Positions 1-10,642 of a stretch of 64,000 nucleotides of DNA are shown here, piece after piece. The DNA lies in assembly GCA_963674595.2 (NCBI GenBank), contig CAXXFV010000008.1, forward strand, positions 224,001-288,000, given 5' to 3'. Positions within the stretch are counted from its first letter, which is position 1, and the number at the start of each line of letters is the position of its first letter. Position numbers and translations under genes: made by a program. The stretch comes from a bacterium. GTDB lineage: Bacteria; Zhuqueibacterota; Zhuqueibacteria; Residuimicrobiales; Krinioviventaceae. Under the pieces are notes generated by a model that did not search any database, had not been told where the DNA came from, and worked only from the letters and a program-made list of their open reading frames with translations.

Positions 1-330
1 AACAATTTTTCTTTTAAATAATTTTCCAACGGCTTCATATTCATCCAGCTTGACCATTATTGAAGGCGTGACATCGTATAAAAGACGACCTTCTATTTTT
101 GATCCGCGCCATTGCACCGCAAAAGGGAAACCCATTCGAGGTTGAATAAGCCGGTGATTATATAAAATAGCCGATTCTGCCTTTAAAATTTGACCTGTAA
201 TAAGCTGAAAATTATTATCGTTGGTTAATGAACCATACACAAATAGAGCATTGACTTTAAGGGTATTGTTTTCAGATAAAGTTTCTTCCTTTGTCGGTTC
301 AGTAATCGGATTTGAGCTGGTTATTGTCAC
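1..330 (-). CDS. Gamma-glutamylcyclotransferase (GGCT/AIG2-like) family protein, 3' end runs off the window
   Basis: Absent from the ORF track; my translation from GTG at 330 (overlapping the upstream TGA) gives MTITSS...ALFVYGSL...KLDEYE, with the GGCT FVYG(S/T)L and LDxYE motifs. Confidence 0.75.
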   Translation of the reverse strand, partial: MTITSSNPITEPTKEETLSENNTLKVNALFVYGSLTNDNNFQLITGQILKAESAILYNHRLIQPRMGFPFAVQWRGSKIEGRLLYDVTPSIMVKLDEYEAVGKLFKRKIV

Positions 331-1691
331 GTATTAATCTCTGGAAAATGATTGATAAATTGACCCATCATTTCTTCCGGAGAAATTGATGTAACACGGC
401 CATGTTCGTATTGTTCTTCAATCCATTCAAATATTTTTGCAACACGGGGGTCGCGTTTGTCTACAAGCGGCAGCCCTTTTTTTTGCATCTGTTGATTTAC
501 CCAGAAACCAACACCTGCAACTCCGGACCTGTCTGTCAGGTTTACACCGAGGGGTCTGTCCAATACTTTATTTGTATCAAATATATTGTAAATCTCTTCG
601 TTTTTAATAACGCCGTCTGCATGAATGCCGGCCATTGTAACATTAAAACGTTCGCCGACAAAGGGATAATTATGCGGTATTTGCGTACCAATTTCACGTA
701 AATAGTTGCCTATTTCAGTAATGGCGGTTAAATCCATACCATTGCTGGTACCGGTTAAGGATGCATATTCAACGGCCAGGGCTTCAATGGGTGAATTTCC
801 TGTCCGTTCGCCGAAACCAAGCACCGTGCCATTAACAGCCGATACACCGGACAGCCATGCAGTGACAGAATTGATATGGACCTTGTGAAAATCATTGTGA
901 CCATGCCACTCAAGCAATTCAGACGGAATGCCCACGTCGCGTTGCAGATAATACACGATTTTTCGAATTGAGCGCGGCAATGAAACGCCGTGGTAAGGCA
1001 ATCCATAACCCATTGTATCGCAGAGCCTGATTTTGATTTTGAGTCCGGTTTTGGCAGAAAAATTCATAAGCTGTTCGGCAAATGGAACAACCGTTCCCCA
1101 ATAGTCCGCCCGCGTAATATCCTCAAAATGACAACGAATTGCCTCCAGCCCAGCATCAGCCGCAGCCTGAACAACATTCATAAAAGCTTCCAGTACCTGC
1201 TGTCGTGTCTTTTTAAATTTCATAAAAATATGGTAATCTGATATCGATGTCAGCATACCGGTTTCTTTGATACCTACTTTTTTAACCAATTCAAAATCAG
1301 CCGGATTAGCACGAATCCAGGAAGTGACTTCAGGGAATTTATATCCTTTGTTTCTTACTTCTTCCAATGCTTCACGGTCTTTTTCCGAATAGATAAAGAA
1401 TTCCGATTGACGTATTATGCCGTTAGGACCGGAAAGTTTGTGAATCAGGTCAAAAAGTTTTGAAATTTGTTCAACTGTATAGGGAGGCCGGGCCTGCTGA
1501 CCATCACGAAAGGTTGTGTCTGTTATCCATATTTCAGAAGCAGGTTTAGCATCTACATATTCACCGTCAAATACTGTTTTTGGTATTTCGGAATATGGAA
1601 ACATTTCACGTTCCAGGTTTGGTTCTTCAGTATCTATAAGAGGGTATTTTAATTTTTTTCCTATTTGCCAAGGAGCATTATTAATAGACAT
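327..1691 (-). CDS. DRE-TIM metallolyase, Re-citrate synthase-like (homocitrate/isopropylmalate synthase superfamily)
   Basis: IWITDTTFRDGQQ, SEFFIYS, WHGHNDF, GERTGN and AGIHADG motifs; start set at ATG 1691 (GGAG upstream) rather than 1721. Confidence 0.8.
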   Translation of the reverse strand: MSINNAPWQIGKKLKYPLIDTEEPNLEREMFPYSEIPKTVFDGEYVDAKPASEIWITDTTFRDGQQARPPYTVEQISKLFDLIHKLSGPNGIIRQSEFFIYSEKDREALEEVRNKGYKFPEVTSWIRANPADFELVKKVGIKETGMLTSISDYHIFMKFKKTRQQVLEAFMNVVQAAADAGLEAIRCHFEDITRADYWGTVVPFAEQLMNFSAKTGLKIKIRLCDTMGYGLPYHGVSLPRSIRKIVYYLQRDVGIPSELLEWHGHNDFHKVHINSVTAWLSGVSAVNGTVLGFGERTGNSPIEALAVEYASLTGTSNGMDLTAITEIGNYLREIGTQIPHNYPFVGERFNVTMAGIHADGVIKNEEIYNIFDTNKVLDRPLGVNLTDRSGVAGVGFWVNQQMQKKGLPLVDKRDPRVAKIFEWIEEQYEHGRVTSISPEEMMGQFINHFPEINT

Positions 1692-1799
1692 TCCTAGATC
1701 TCCCTTTGTTGAGTTTATCATCTAAATATTCTTATCCCTTATGCTGAATAAAAGTCAGTATAAGGTACAAGATCGTTTTTTAACCGTTGTTTTAATTAA

Positions 1800-2489
1800 T
1801 CAGGGTTCCTGAACCTCAGTCAAGTATCGCAAGGCTTCGGAAAGTTGTGGATTATTGGGACTTAATTCAAGACCACACTTGTATGCATTAATCGCATCTT
1901 CTATTCTATTCAGGCGAAAGTATACATTGCCGAGATGGTAAAAAACTCGGGAATCATTTTTTGTTATGCCGGCTAACGTTTCAAGATGTTTCAACGCTTC
2001 CTGGTAACATTGTTCCTGAATACATGCCAAAGCAGCATGATAGTGTGCTACGGGGGATTCATTATTCTTTTCAAGCAGTGTTTCAAAAGCTGTTTTGGCT
2101 TTTTGATACATTCCTTTATGCCAGTAAGACAATCCAAGCCAATAATAGGCCATTAGAATTTCAGAGGATAAATTAACGACTTTGTTAAGAGCTGAGATAG
2201 CATCATCAAGATTGGCTTGTCGGTAATAAGATATGCCCAGGTAATAATAAGCATAAGGTAAATTGGGATTGACGTCAATTGCCTTTTTAAACACATTTAT
2301 TGCTGAACTGATTTTACCTCTTAGATAATATCCGTTACCAAGCATTAACAACGAGCGTAAATCTTTGGGCGACTTTTGAATGGTGTTTTCAAGTTGACGC
2401 ATTAATTCGTCAAGCTGACTGCCATCCATCAGTTCCATTGTTTCAACAAGATTTATGTTGTTTTTAACAGTCGACATGCAATACTCCAT
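1800..2489 (-). CDS. Tetratricopeptide repeat protein
   Basis: Repeated TPR signatures (AYYYLGISYY, AYYWLGLSYW, VFYHLGNVYF). Confidence 0.9.
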   Translation of the reverse strand: MEYCMSTVKNNINLVETMELMDGSQLDELMRQLENTIQKSPKDLRSLLMLGNGYYLRGKISSAINVFKKAIDVNPNLPYAYYYLGISYYRQANLDDAISALNKVVNLSSEILMAYYWLGLSYWHKGMYQKAKTAFETLLEKNNESPVAHYHAALACIQEQCYQEALKHLETLAGITKNDSRVFYHLGNVYFRLNRIEDAINAYKCGLELSPNNPQLSEALRYLTEVQEP

Positions 2490-2600
2490 TTGTGGAAGGA
2501 TTTTCGTTTCTCAAACAACGGTTCATTAATTTATATAATGCTTTTAACGAGTTAATAATTCCCGATTTGAATGATGAGTGAGAAAAGAAAAAGCCTGTAT

Positions 2601-2629
2601 ATTATATAACCTTTGCAGATTAAAATCAA
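2601..2629 (-). promoter_or_regulatory. Sigma70-type promoter for the TPR / Re-citrate synthase operon
   Basis: Minus strand TTGATT-N17-TATAAT. Confidence 0.7.
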
Positions 2630-2672
2630 GAATTATTTATTTAATATAGCAGATGATAAGGATAATTTTTTA

Positions 2673-2701
2673 TTGCATTTAAAATTCCGTTTCCATACTT
2701 T
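2673..2701 (+). promoter_or_regulatory. Sigma70-type promoter for the SPOR gene (divergent)
   Basis: TTGCAT-N17-TACTTT, 40 nt upstream of ATG 2742. Confidence 0.5.
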
Positions 2702-2741
2702 AGTTGAAAATTAAATATTTATCAATTTCAGGTTTGTGTAA

Positions 2742-3257
2742 ATGAAAGTTTTTATTCGTATTGCAATTTTGTTGTTATCGTTTTTATTTCTTTGGTGTTC
2801 AGCACAGCAAACTTCATTACAACCGGCTATGGATGAAACTCAAAGTAAAACCAATAAATACGATGAATCTTTTGATCCAATGACTTTGGAAGATTATGAC
2901 CTGGATGTTTCATCTTCCCAAAACAAGCTGGAACCTGCAAATATAAACAGTTTGTTAAAAAACAATATCATTAGTGATTCCAGTGGTGCAAACCAAACTG
3001 TAATGGGTTTTAGGGTGCAAATTGCATCAACACGTGATGAACAGGAAGCGCGTATTATAAAAAGAAATGCCATATTATTATTTCAAGAAAATGTCTATAT
3101 GTCATTTGATGATCCTTATTATAAAGTAAGAGTAGGGGATTTTATTTCCCGGTATGATGCAAATCGAGTGCATGAAAAGGTCATTGAAAAAGGTTTTCCT
3201 GATTCCTGGGTTGTACGATCCGAGATTAAATTGAATTCTTTAGACAATGAAGACTGA
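2742..3257 (+). CDS. SPOR-domain (peptidoglycan-binding) exported protein or lipoprotein
   Basis: Signal peptide with Cys; C-terminal GFRVQI...PYYKVRVGDF...GFPDSWVV SPOR pattern. Confidence 0.85.
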   Translation: MKVFIRIAILLLSFLFLWCSAQQTSLQPAMDETQSKTNKYDESFDPMTLEDYDLDVSSSQNKLEPANINSLLKNNIISDSSGANQTVMGFRVQIASTRDEQEARIIKRNAILLFQENVYMSFDDPYYKVRVGDFISRYDANRVHEKVIEKGFPDSWVVRSEIKLNSLDNED

Positions 3258-3274
3258 AAATTGTACCAGAGTTT

Positions 3275-3316
3275 AAAAAAGGCCTGATTTTTTATTTGGA
3301 ATCAGGCCTTTTTTTT
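3275..3316 (+). terminator. Intrinsic terminator, potentially bidirectional
   Basis: AAAAAAGGCCTGATT / AATCAGGCCTTTTTT inverted repeat with T tail. Confidence 0.85.
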
Positions 3317-3457
3317 ATTATATTTAGATTCGGTTAAAATGTGAATTTACTAATAATGTTTTTTATATGGTATTGTTTTTAAATAAATAAAGGCATGCTA
3401 AGTATTTATAAATCCCGTACACCTGTTCGTGTGGCGGGTTTGTTTTTAGGAGGATAG

Positions 3458-4207
3458 ATGTCAGGGCATTCTAAATGGAGTACAATCAAGCGTAAAAAAG
3501 GCAAAGCAGATGCTGAACGGGGGAAACTGTTTACAAGGCTAATAAAAGAAATTGCTGTGGCCGCAAAACATGGTGGTGGAGATGAAACCTCTAACCCGAG
3601 ATTAAGAACGGCCGTTCAAGCAGCAAAAGCAGCTAATATGCCGGCAGCAAATATTGATAAAGCCATCAAGCGCGGTACCGGCGAATTACCGGGTGTTATA
3701 TATGAAGAAATTGTTTATGAAGGCTACGGACCAAGCGGCGTGGCTATTTATGTTGAAACCTTGACGGACAATAAAAACAGAACTGTTGCTGAAATTCGTC
3801 ATTTACTGTCAAAATACGGCGGCAGTCTGGGTGAAAACGGAAGTGTTGCCTGGATGTTTAACAAGCTCGGCGTTATTACTATTGCAGAAGATCAAACCAC
3901 AGAAGATGATTTGATGATGATTGCCGTAGACGCCGGCGCTGAAGATATAGAATTTGAAGACCAGGTTTTTCGTTTAAAAATGCAGCCGACAAACCTGGAA
4001 GCTGTTAAAAAAGCACTGGAAGAAAATAATATTCAATATGAATCAGCAGAGCTTTCTATGGAACCGACGACTACTGTTAAGGTAGAGGGTAAAGCTGCTG
4101 AATCTTTGCTAAAATTAATGGATGCGCTTGAAGATCAGGATGACGTCCAAAATATCTTTTCAAATTTTGATATTGATGACAGCGTTATTGAAGCCTTGAG
4201 CCTTTAA
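3458..4207 (+). CDS. yebC: YebC/PmpR family protein
   Basis: MSGHSKW start, YEGYGP and DNKNRT motifs; conserved position before ruvC. Confidence 0.97.
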   Translation: MSGHSKWSTIKRKKGKADAERGKLFTRLIKEIAVAAKHGGGDETSNPRLRTAVQAAKAANMPAANIDKAIKRGTGELPGVIYEEIVYEGYGPSGVAIYVETLTDNKNRTVAEIRHLLSKYGGSLGENGSVAWMFNKLGVITIAEDQTTEDDLMMIAVDAGAEDIEFEDQVFRLKMQPTNLEAVKKALEENNIQYESAELSMEPTTTVKVEGKAAESLLKLMDALEDQDDVQNIFSNFDIDDSVIEALSL

Positions 4208-4211
4208 CTTA

Positions 4212-4712
4212 ATGCTGATTTTAGGAATAGATCCTGGCAGTGTTTTAACGGGTTACGGTGTTATTAAAAGCGATAATACGAATGGTTATCTATGTTTGGA
4301 CTATGGCTGTATCCGTTCAAGCTCGAAACAGGATTTTTTCGAAAGATTAAAAAAAATATACGATCAAGTTTCTGCTCTTTGTCTAAAATATAAACCTGAT
4401 TATGTTGCTCTGGAAGATGTTTTTTATGGAAAAAACATAAAATCAACACTGCAACTCGGACAGGCCCGTGGTTCTGTTGTTATTGCTGCTTTGAATCATA
4501 ATGTAAAAATTAAAGCTTATTCTCCAAGAGAAGTGAAACAATCTCTAACAGGAAACGGATCTGCTTCAAAAGAACAAGTGCAAAAAATGGTAGTCGGCCT
4601 CTTGGGGTTGACTCAAACAAAAATCCCATTAGACGCTTCAGATGCATTGGCAATTGCCATATGTCATTCAAATCGCTTCTGGACCAATGAAAAATTGACA
4701 TCACAATTATGA
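4212..4712 (+). CDS. ruvC: Holliday junction resolvase RuvC
   Basis: ILGIDPG, LGQARG and DASDALAIAICH motifs. Confidence 0.97.
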   Translation: MLILGIDPGSVLTGYGVIKSDNTNGYLCLDYGCIRSSSKQDFFERLKKIYDQVSALCLKYKPDYVALEDVFYGKNIKSTLQLGQARGSVVIAALNHNVKIKAYSPREVKQSLTGNGSASKEQVQKMVVGLLGLTQTKIPLDASDALAIAICHSNRFWTNEKLTSQL

Positions 4713-5302
4713 TATCTTTTGTCCGCGGCATATTGACTGAAAAAACTCCAACCGCTGTTGTTGTAGAAATGAACGGATTTGGACTGTCTGTTTATATTTC
4801 TTTATCTACATTTGAAAAATTGTCTGAAATTGGCGATCAAGTCTATCTGCATACTCATTTTCATGTACGTGAGGATGCGATGGCATTATACGGATTTTCT
4901 TCACTGGAGGAACGTGAGCTTTTTCTTTTCTTATTATCTGTTTCAGGAATTGGCCCAAAACTGGCAATGGGAATTTTATCCGGAAGCAAGGTAAGTGAGC
5001 TATATCAAGCCATTGCCGATGGCAATGAAACCCGTTTGACAAAGATTAAAGGACTGGGAAAAAAGACAGCACAGCGTTTAATTATAGAATTAAAGGACAA
5101 AGCTGAAAAAAGAGTTGGTGAAACTGATATTACTGCTCCCGCACATTCAATATCCGTCGGGATGTTTGATGAGGTCCTTATGGCTATGATGTCGTTGGGT
5201 TATTCAAAGGCAGAAGCGGAAAAGTCTATAGCAAAAGCAACCCAAACGCTGGGAAAAGTTGAATCTATTGAAGATTTGTTACGCACAGCGTTAAATAGTT
5301 GA
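4709..5302 (+). CDS. ruvA: Holliday junction branch migration protein RuvA
   Basis: [20 protein letters not shown] and GLGKKTAQR motifs. Confidence 0.97.
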   Translation: MISFVRGILTEKTPTAVVVEMNGFGLSVYISLSTFEKLSEIGDQVYLHTHFHVREDAMALYGFSSLEERELFLFLLSVSGIGPKLAMGILSGSKVSELYQAIADGNETRLTKIKGLGKKTAQRLIIELKDKAEKRVGETDITAPAHSISVGMFDEVLMAMMSLGYSKAEAEKSIAKATQTLGKVESIEDLLRTALNS

Positions 5303-5315
5303 GGCATATTTTTTA

Positions 5316-6344
5316 GTGGAATTTACAGAAAGAGCAACATATCCTGAACCTTTGAATGGTGAAAACGAGTTTGAACTAAAACTGCGTCCCTCAAAATTAA
5401 ATGAATTTATTGGGCAGCAGAAATTAAAGGACAATTTGTCCGTTTTCATTCAGGCCGCAAAGGAAAGGGAAGAGGCTCTTGATCATGTTATTTTTCATGG
5501 ACCTCCGGGTCTTGGCAAAACAACGCTTGCTCATATTATATCTCAGGAACTTGGCTCAAACCTGAAAATAACCTCCGGCCCTGCTTTAGAGCGCCCGGCA
5601 GATTTAGCCGGAATATTAACAAATTTGAATGAGCGAGATGTTCTTTTTATAGATGAGATTCACCGTTTAAATCGTGTCATTGAAGAGTACCTGTATCCGG
5701 CAATGGAAGATTATTGTCTCGATATTATTATCGACAAAGGTGCAAATGCACGCACAATACAGCTCAAATTGCCCAATTTTACCCTTGTAGGCGCAACAAC
5801 GCGAGCTGGTTTAATTACATCACCGTTACGCGCACGTTTTGGTGTTTCTTTTCGTTTGGATTTTTATGAACCCGAGCATCTTCAGCTTATTATAGAACGT
5901 TCTGCGAAAATCCTTAATGTAGAAATTGGTCCCGAGGCAGCGTTTGAAATTGGAAAACGCTCCAGAGGAACTCCAAGAATCGCCAATCGCCTGCTGCGTC
6001 GGGTTAGAGATTTCGCGCAAATAGCCGGAAAAAGCCATATTTCAGTTTCTATGGCCCAAACTGCGTTAAACAAAATGGATGTTGACCATCGCGGTCTGGA
6101 CGAAATGGATAAAAGAATTATGACGGCGATTATCGAAAAGTTTTCCGGTGGACCGGTTGGTTTAAACACGCTTGCGGTATCGATTGGTGAAGAAAGCGAT
6201 ACTATTGAAGAACTTTATGAGCCATATTTAATTCAAATAGGATTTGTTAATCGAACGCCTCGTGGACGTATTGCCACAGCATTGGCTTTTGAACATTTTA
6301 ATTTTAAAAAAAGCAAAACACTGCAAAAAGGATTGTTCGATTAA
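5316..6344 (+). CDS. ruvB: Holliday junction helicase RuvB
   Basis: [17 protein letters not shown] and [11 protein letters not shown] motifs; GTG start. Confidence 0.98.
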   Translation: MEFTERATYPEPLNGENEFELKLRPSKLNEFIGQQKLKDNLSVFIQAAKEREEALDHVIFHGPPGLGKTTLAHIISQELGSNLKITSGPALERPADLAGILTNLNERDVLFIDEIHRLNRVIEEYLYPAMEDYCLDIIIDKGANARTIQLKLPNFTLVGATTRAGLITSPLRARFGVSFRLDFYEPEHLQLIIERSAKILNVEIGPEAAFEIGKRSRGTPRIANRLLRRVRDFAQIAGKSHISVSMAQTALNKMDVDHRGLDEMDKRIMTAIIEKFSGGPVGLNTLAVSIGEESDTIEELYEPYLIQIGFVNRTPRGRIATALAFEHFNFKKSKTLQKGLFD

Positions 6345-6393
6345 AACAACTATATTTTGACACTGAATTCACTTAAATGGAGGTGACTGTGCG

Positions 6394-7422
6394 ATGAAAC
6401 TTTCCGATTTCAAATTCAATTTACCGGAAAAACTAATTGCTCAGTATCCCAGCGACAAACGAGATGAAAGCCGTTTGATGATATTAAAGCGGGAAAATGA
6501 GTCTATTGAACAAGGTGTATTTAAAGATGTTTTAGATTACATGGATGAAGGAGATTGCCTGGTTGTTAATGAAACCAAGGTGTTTCCTGCACGTCTTGAA
6601 GGCACAAAAGATAAAACAGATGCAAAAGTTGAAATTTTTCTTTTGCGTGAACTGGAACAAGGACTTTGGGAAGTTTTGGTCAAACCGGCCCGTAAAGTTC
6701 GTGTCGGTAACCGTTTAACAGTAGGCCAAAAACTGTTTTGTGATGTTATTGACAACACTGTTTCCGGCGGTCGTGTTGTTCGTTTCAACTTTGATGGAGA
6801 TTTTTATTCAATTGTCGAACAAATTGGTAAATCTCCGTTACCACCATACATTAAAAGAGAACCCGAACCCATTGATAAAGACCGTTATCAAACTGTTTAC
6901 GCCAAGGTACGTGGTGCCGTAGCCGCACCAACAGCGGGTTTACATTTTTCTCAGGAATTATTGGAAAAAGTCGTTGACAAAGGCATCCAAATTGTTCCCC
7001 TGGTTTTACATCTTGGCCTGGGAAGTTTCCGACCTGTTGTTGTCGAAGACCTTGGCCGTCATAAAATGGATTCCGAGTTTTTTGAAATTACAGAAGAATC
7101 CGCCGAAAAGGTAAACCAGACCAAGAAAAACGGTAAAAAAGTTATTGCTGTTGGTACCAGTGTTGTAAGAGCATTGGAAACCTGCGTAACATCTGAAGGT
7201 TGGGCCAAAGCAGGAAAAGGGTGGACGGATAAATTTATCTATCCTCCTTATGATTTTAAGATCGTTGACAGGATGATTACAAATTTTCATCTTCCAAGTT
7301 CAACCCTTTTAATGCTGGTTTCTGCTTTTGCCGATAGAGATTATGTCTTTAAAGCCTATCGTAAAGCCATTCGCGAAAAATATAACTTTTTCAGTTATGG
7401 CGATTCCATGATTATTATTTAA
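6394..7422 (+). CDS. queA: S-adenosylmethionine:tRNA ribosyltransferase-isomerase QueA
   Basis: LIAQYP, RYQTVYA, AAPTAGLHF and TNFHLPSSTL motifs. Confidence 0.97.
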   Translation: MKLSDFKFNLPEKLIAQYPSDKRDESRLMILKRENESIEQGVFKDVLDYMDEGDCLVVNETKVFPARLEGTKDKTDAKVEIFLLRELEQGLWEVLVKPARKVRVGNRLTVGQKLFCDVIDNTVSGGRVVRFNFDGDFYSIVEQIGKSPLPPYIKREPEPIDKDRYQTVYAKVRGAVAAPTAGLHFSQELLEKVVDKGIQIVPLVLHLGLGSFRPVVVEDLGRHKMDSEFFEITEESAEKVNQTKKNGKKVIAVGTSVVRALETCVTSEGWAKAGKGWTDKFIYPPYDFKIVDRMITNFHLPSSTLLMLVSAFADRDYVFKAYRKAIREKYNFFSYGDSMIII

Positions 7423-7435
7423 TATATTTTTTGCT

Positions 7436-8131
7436 TTGAATAAACAGCAAATTGTAACAGCTATAATTGTTGCCGCCGGTTCCGGAAAAAGAATCGGCGG
7501 TCCAATTCCTAAACAATTTATCTCAATTAATGGACATCCTGTCCTTTACTGGACATGTCAAAAATTTGAGAACAGTAAGATTGTTAGAGACATTGTTTTG
7601 GTTTTGGCGGAATCCGATATTGCTGAATACCTGGATATGATACAAAAATGGCCTTTTGTTAAAATTTCTGCCATTGTTAAAGGAGGGAAAGAACGGCACC
7701 ATTCTGTTAAAAATGCTCTTGAGCATTTGGCCGCAGATACGGAATATGTCGCTATTCATGATGGCGTGAGGCCGTTTGTTTCCATTAACAGCATTTCCCG
7801 GGTTATTCAGGATGCTTTTGTACATAGGGCTGCTTTGTTAGGAGTGGTCCCTAAAGATACGATCAAGATGACCGCTGATGACAAAATTTCAAAAACCCTG
7901 GATCGACAACACCTCGTTGCTGTTCAAACGCCCCAGGTTTTTCAGCGTTCACTGATTCAAGAGGCCTATAATAAAGCATTTGCTGAAAATAATTTCAGCA
8001 CTGACGATGCTGCCCTGGTAGAACGATTGGGTGTTCCGGTTCATGTTAGTTTGGGTGAATATACCAATATTAAAATAACCGCGCCCGACGATATTTTAAT
8101 TGCTCATACCTTTTTGAAAGCAGGAAAATAA
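7436..8131 (+). CDS. ispD: 2-C-methyl-D-erythritol 4-phosphate cytidylyltransferase
   Basis: [21 protein letters not shown] and NIKIT motifs; TTG start. Confidence 0.96.
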   Translation: MNKQQIVTAIIVAAGSGKRIGGPIPKQFISINGHPVLYWTCQKFENSKIVRDIVLVLAESDIAEYLDMIQKWPFVKISAIVKGGKERHHSVKNALEHLAADTEYVAIHDGVRPFVSINSISRVIQDAFVHRAALLGVVPKDTIKMTADDKISKTLDRQHLVAVQTPQVFQRSLIQEAYNKAFAENNFSTDDAALVERLGVPVHVSLGEYTNIKITAPDDILIAHTFLKAGK

Positions 8132-8132
8132 T

Positions 8133-8609
8133 ATGCGTATTGGACATGGTTTCGACGTTCATCAACTGGTACTTGGCAGAAAACTTTTATTGGGTGGTGT
8201 TGAAATTGATCATGAGTATGGTTTGCTTGGGCATTCTGACGCAGATGTGCTTTCTCACGCCATAAGTGATGCTCTACTGGGCGCTGCCGCACTCGGAGAT
8301 ATTGGACATTATTTTCCTGATACGGATCCTCAATACAAAGGGATTTCGAGTATTTTGTTGTTAGAAAAAGTAGTGCAATTGTTAAAGCAAAAGCACTTTA
8401 CTGTGCATAACATTGATACGACTATTGTTGCTCAAAAACCAAAATTGGCCGCATATATACCTGAAATTCGGATAAATTTAGCAAAAGTATTAAATGTTTC
8501 TAAAGATTTGGTTTCGGTCAAAGCTACCACAACTGAACAACTGGGCTTTACCGGCCGTTGCGAAGGAATAGCCGTTCATGCTGTTTGTCTTTTGAATGAA
8601 ATTGATTGA
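8133..8609 (+). CDS. ispF: 2-C-methyl-D-erythritol 2,4-cyclodiphosphate synthase
   Basis: [25 protein letters not shown] and KATTTE motifs. Confidence 0.97.
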   Translation: MRIGHGFDVHQLVLGRKLLLGGVEIDHEYGLLGHSDADVLSHAISDALLGAAALGDIGHYFPDTDPQYKGISSILLLEKVVQLLKQKHFTVHNIDTTIVAQKPKLAAYIPEIRINLAKVLNVSKDLVSVKATTTEQLGFTGRCEGIAVHAVCLLNEID

Positions 8610-8753
8610 ATTTTCAATAAAATCGAATATAAATATGGGTTCTGATGGATGTGCTGAGAGTATTTTTATAAAATCTATTTATCAGCAATAATACAGATAA
8701 AATGAGTGTTAATGCTCTTAAAAAAATAATGTAATAAAATATGGAACAATGAT

Positions 8754-10190
8754 ATGGGATTAGTAGTATATAACAGCCTTTTAAGGAAAAAAGAAGAATT
8801 TGTCCCTGTTCAAAATGACAGAGTGAATATGTATGTGTGCGGACCAACGGTTTATGATTATCCGCACATAGGACATGCAAAAAGTTATATTTCGTTTGAT
8901 ATTATTGTACGATATTTGAGATATTTAAAATATAATGTGAAATATGTTCAAAATATAACCGACGTAGGGCATTTGCTTGACGATGGTGAAGACCGCATTC
9001 TTAAAGGTGCCCAGCGTGAACGTGTGGAACCTATGGAATTGGTAGAACGATATACAAGGGCCTATTTTGAAGCTATGGATGCCCTGAATGTATTGCGGCC
9101 GGACATTTCGCCTCATGCGGCTGCTCATATTCCCGAACAGATTGAACTGGTTGAAAAGTTGATAGAAAAAGGATATGGTTACGAATCCAATGGTTCCGTA
9201 TATTTTGATATTACAAAATGGCCGAATTACGGGCAACTGTCCGGAAGAAAAATACAGGACCAGCAGGCAGGAGCACGTATTGAAGTAAATCCAGAAAAAA
9301 GAAACGCAGCAGATTTTGCACTGTGGAAAAAAGCTGATCCGGAACATGTCATGCAATGGAATAGTCCCTGGGGAAAAGGCTATCCCGGATGGCATGCGGA
9401 ATGTTCAGCAATGTCTATGAAATATTTAGGTGAAACATTAGACATTCATGGCGGCGGTATGGAAAATCAATTCCCCCACCATGAGTGTGAAATAGCACAA
9501 AGTGAAGCTGTGACGGGTAAAACATTTGCCAAATATTGGATTCATAACAATATGGTTCTAGTTGATGGCGTGAAAATGAGCAAATCTTTGGGAAATTTTA
9601 CAACAATTTCTCAGGCATTGGAAAAATTCCCCGGCGAACAAATTCGGTTTTTCATTTTACAAACACACTACCGAAGTCCGGTTGATTTTAGTGATGAGGC
9701 AATTCAGGCATCGGGTCAAGGTTTGTCGCGCCTTATTTCAACATATCGATTTTTGCAGCAGAAAACATCCGGTGCACCGGAAGGAGAGGTTGCTCCTGAA
9801 ATAGAATCGATTTGTTCAGAAACCGAGAATAACTTTGTAAAAGCCATGAACGACGACTTTAACACGCCCTCTGCAATTGCTGTTCTTTTTGATTTTAGTC
9901 GTGAAATTAATAAAAACATTGCCGATGGTGTTGAAACCTCAAAACCATCTCTACAAAAAATGTGCGAACTGTTTCAAACTCTCGCCGGACAAGTATTGGG
10001 AATTTTACCCAAAGAGAAGGAAGAAAAATTATCTGCCGGACCTTTTATAGAGCTTCTCATAGAATTCAGAAACGAATTCCGTAAAAATAAACAATGGGAA
10101 ATGGCTGACAAGGTTCGGGACAAGTTTGACGAGTTGGGTGTGCTCCTGGAGGACAGTAAAGGAGAGACCCGTTGGCGCGTAAAAAGTTAA
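8754..10190 (+). CDS. cysS: Cysteine--tRNA ligase
   Basis: CGPTVY, HIGH, PGWHAEC, FPHHECE and KMSKS motifs. Confidence 0.98.
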   Translation: MGLVVYNSLLRKKEEFVPVQNDRVNMYVCGPTVYDYPHIGHAKSYISFDIIVRYLRYLKYNVKYVQNITDVGHLLDDGEDRILKGAQRERVEPMELVERYTRAYFEAMDALNVLRPDISPHAAAHIPEQIELVEKLIEKGYGYESNGSVYFDITKWPNYGQLSGRKIQDQQAGARIEVNPEKRNAADFALWKKADPEHVMQWNSPWGKGYPGWHAECSAMSMKYLGETLDIHGGGMENQFPHHECEIAQSEAVTGKTFAKYWIHNNMVLVDGVKMSKSLGNFTTISQALEKFPGEQIRFFILQTHYRSPVDFSDEAIQASGQGLSRLISTYRFLQQKTSGAPEGEVAPEIESICSETENNFVKAMNDDFNTPSAIAVLFDFSREINKNIADGVETSKPSLQKMCELFQTLAGQVLGILPKEKEEKLSAGPFIELLIEFRNEFRKNKQWEMADKVRDKFDELGVLLEDSKGETRWRVKS

Positions 10191-10218
10191 AAAAAAATAG
10201 AATCGTTAAAAAAAATAC

Positions 10219-10247
10219 TTGATTTTTGATCTGATTCTTTATATATT
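10219..10247 (+). promoter_or_regulatory. Promoter of the tRNA-tuf operon
   Basis: A-tract then TTGATT-N17-TATATT, 30 nt before tRNA-Thr. Confidence 0.7.
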
Positions 10248-10277
10248 GACGGGCTTATTTGCATTGCAATATATTAA

Positions 10278-10350
10278 GCCACCATAGCTCAGCAGGTAGA
10301 GCACCTCACTTGTAATGAGGCTGTCACGGGTTCGATTCCTGTTGGTGGCT
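10278..10350 (+). tRNA. tRNA-Thr(TGT)
   Basis: Acceptor GCCACCA/TGGTGGC, anticodon arm CCTCA-CTTGTAA-TGAGG, TTCGATT loop. Confidence 0.96.
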
Positions 10351-10368
10351 CGATAACATTGAGTTATC

Positions 10369-10450
10369 GGGGAGGTTCCCGAGCGGTCAAAGGGAACAGA
10401 CTGTAAATCTGTCGGCGAAGCCTTCGGAGGTTCGAATCCTCCCCTCCCCA
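10369..10450 (+). tRNA. tRNA-Tyr(GTA)
   Basis: Acceptor GGGGAGG/CCTCCCC, arm ACAGA-CTGTAAA-TCTGT, long variable arm. Confidence 0.97.
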
Positions 10451-10568
10451 CTTTCGCCTAGAAAAGTTATCGGTTTTTTCTCAAAGGAGTTACGAGACCG
10501 ATATTTTTTTGTCCTCGACTCGTGAATTGGAGATAGACTGAAGAAGTTTGGCGATATAATTCAAATAA

Positions 10569-10642
10569 GCGGGAGTAACTCAGTCGGCTAGAGTCACAGC
10601 CTTCCAAGCTGTTGGTCGCGGGTTCGAATCCCGTCTCCCGCT
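10569..10642 (+). tRNA. tRNA-Gly(TCC)
   Basis: Acceptor GCGGGAG/CTCCCGC, arm ACAGC-CTTCCAA-GCTGT. Confidence 0.97.

Noticed and set aside
8610-8753. T-box leader before cysS
   Set aside because: No T-box consensus or terminator; AT-rich spacer only
10239-10451. 70-aa minus-strand ORF (MGRGGFEPP...)
   Set aside because: Antisense shadow of tRNA-Thr and tRNA-Tyr
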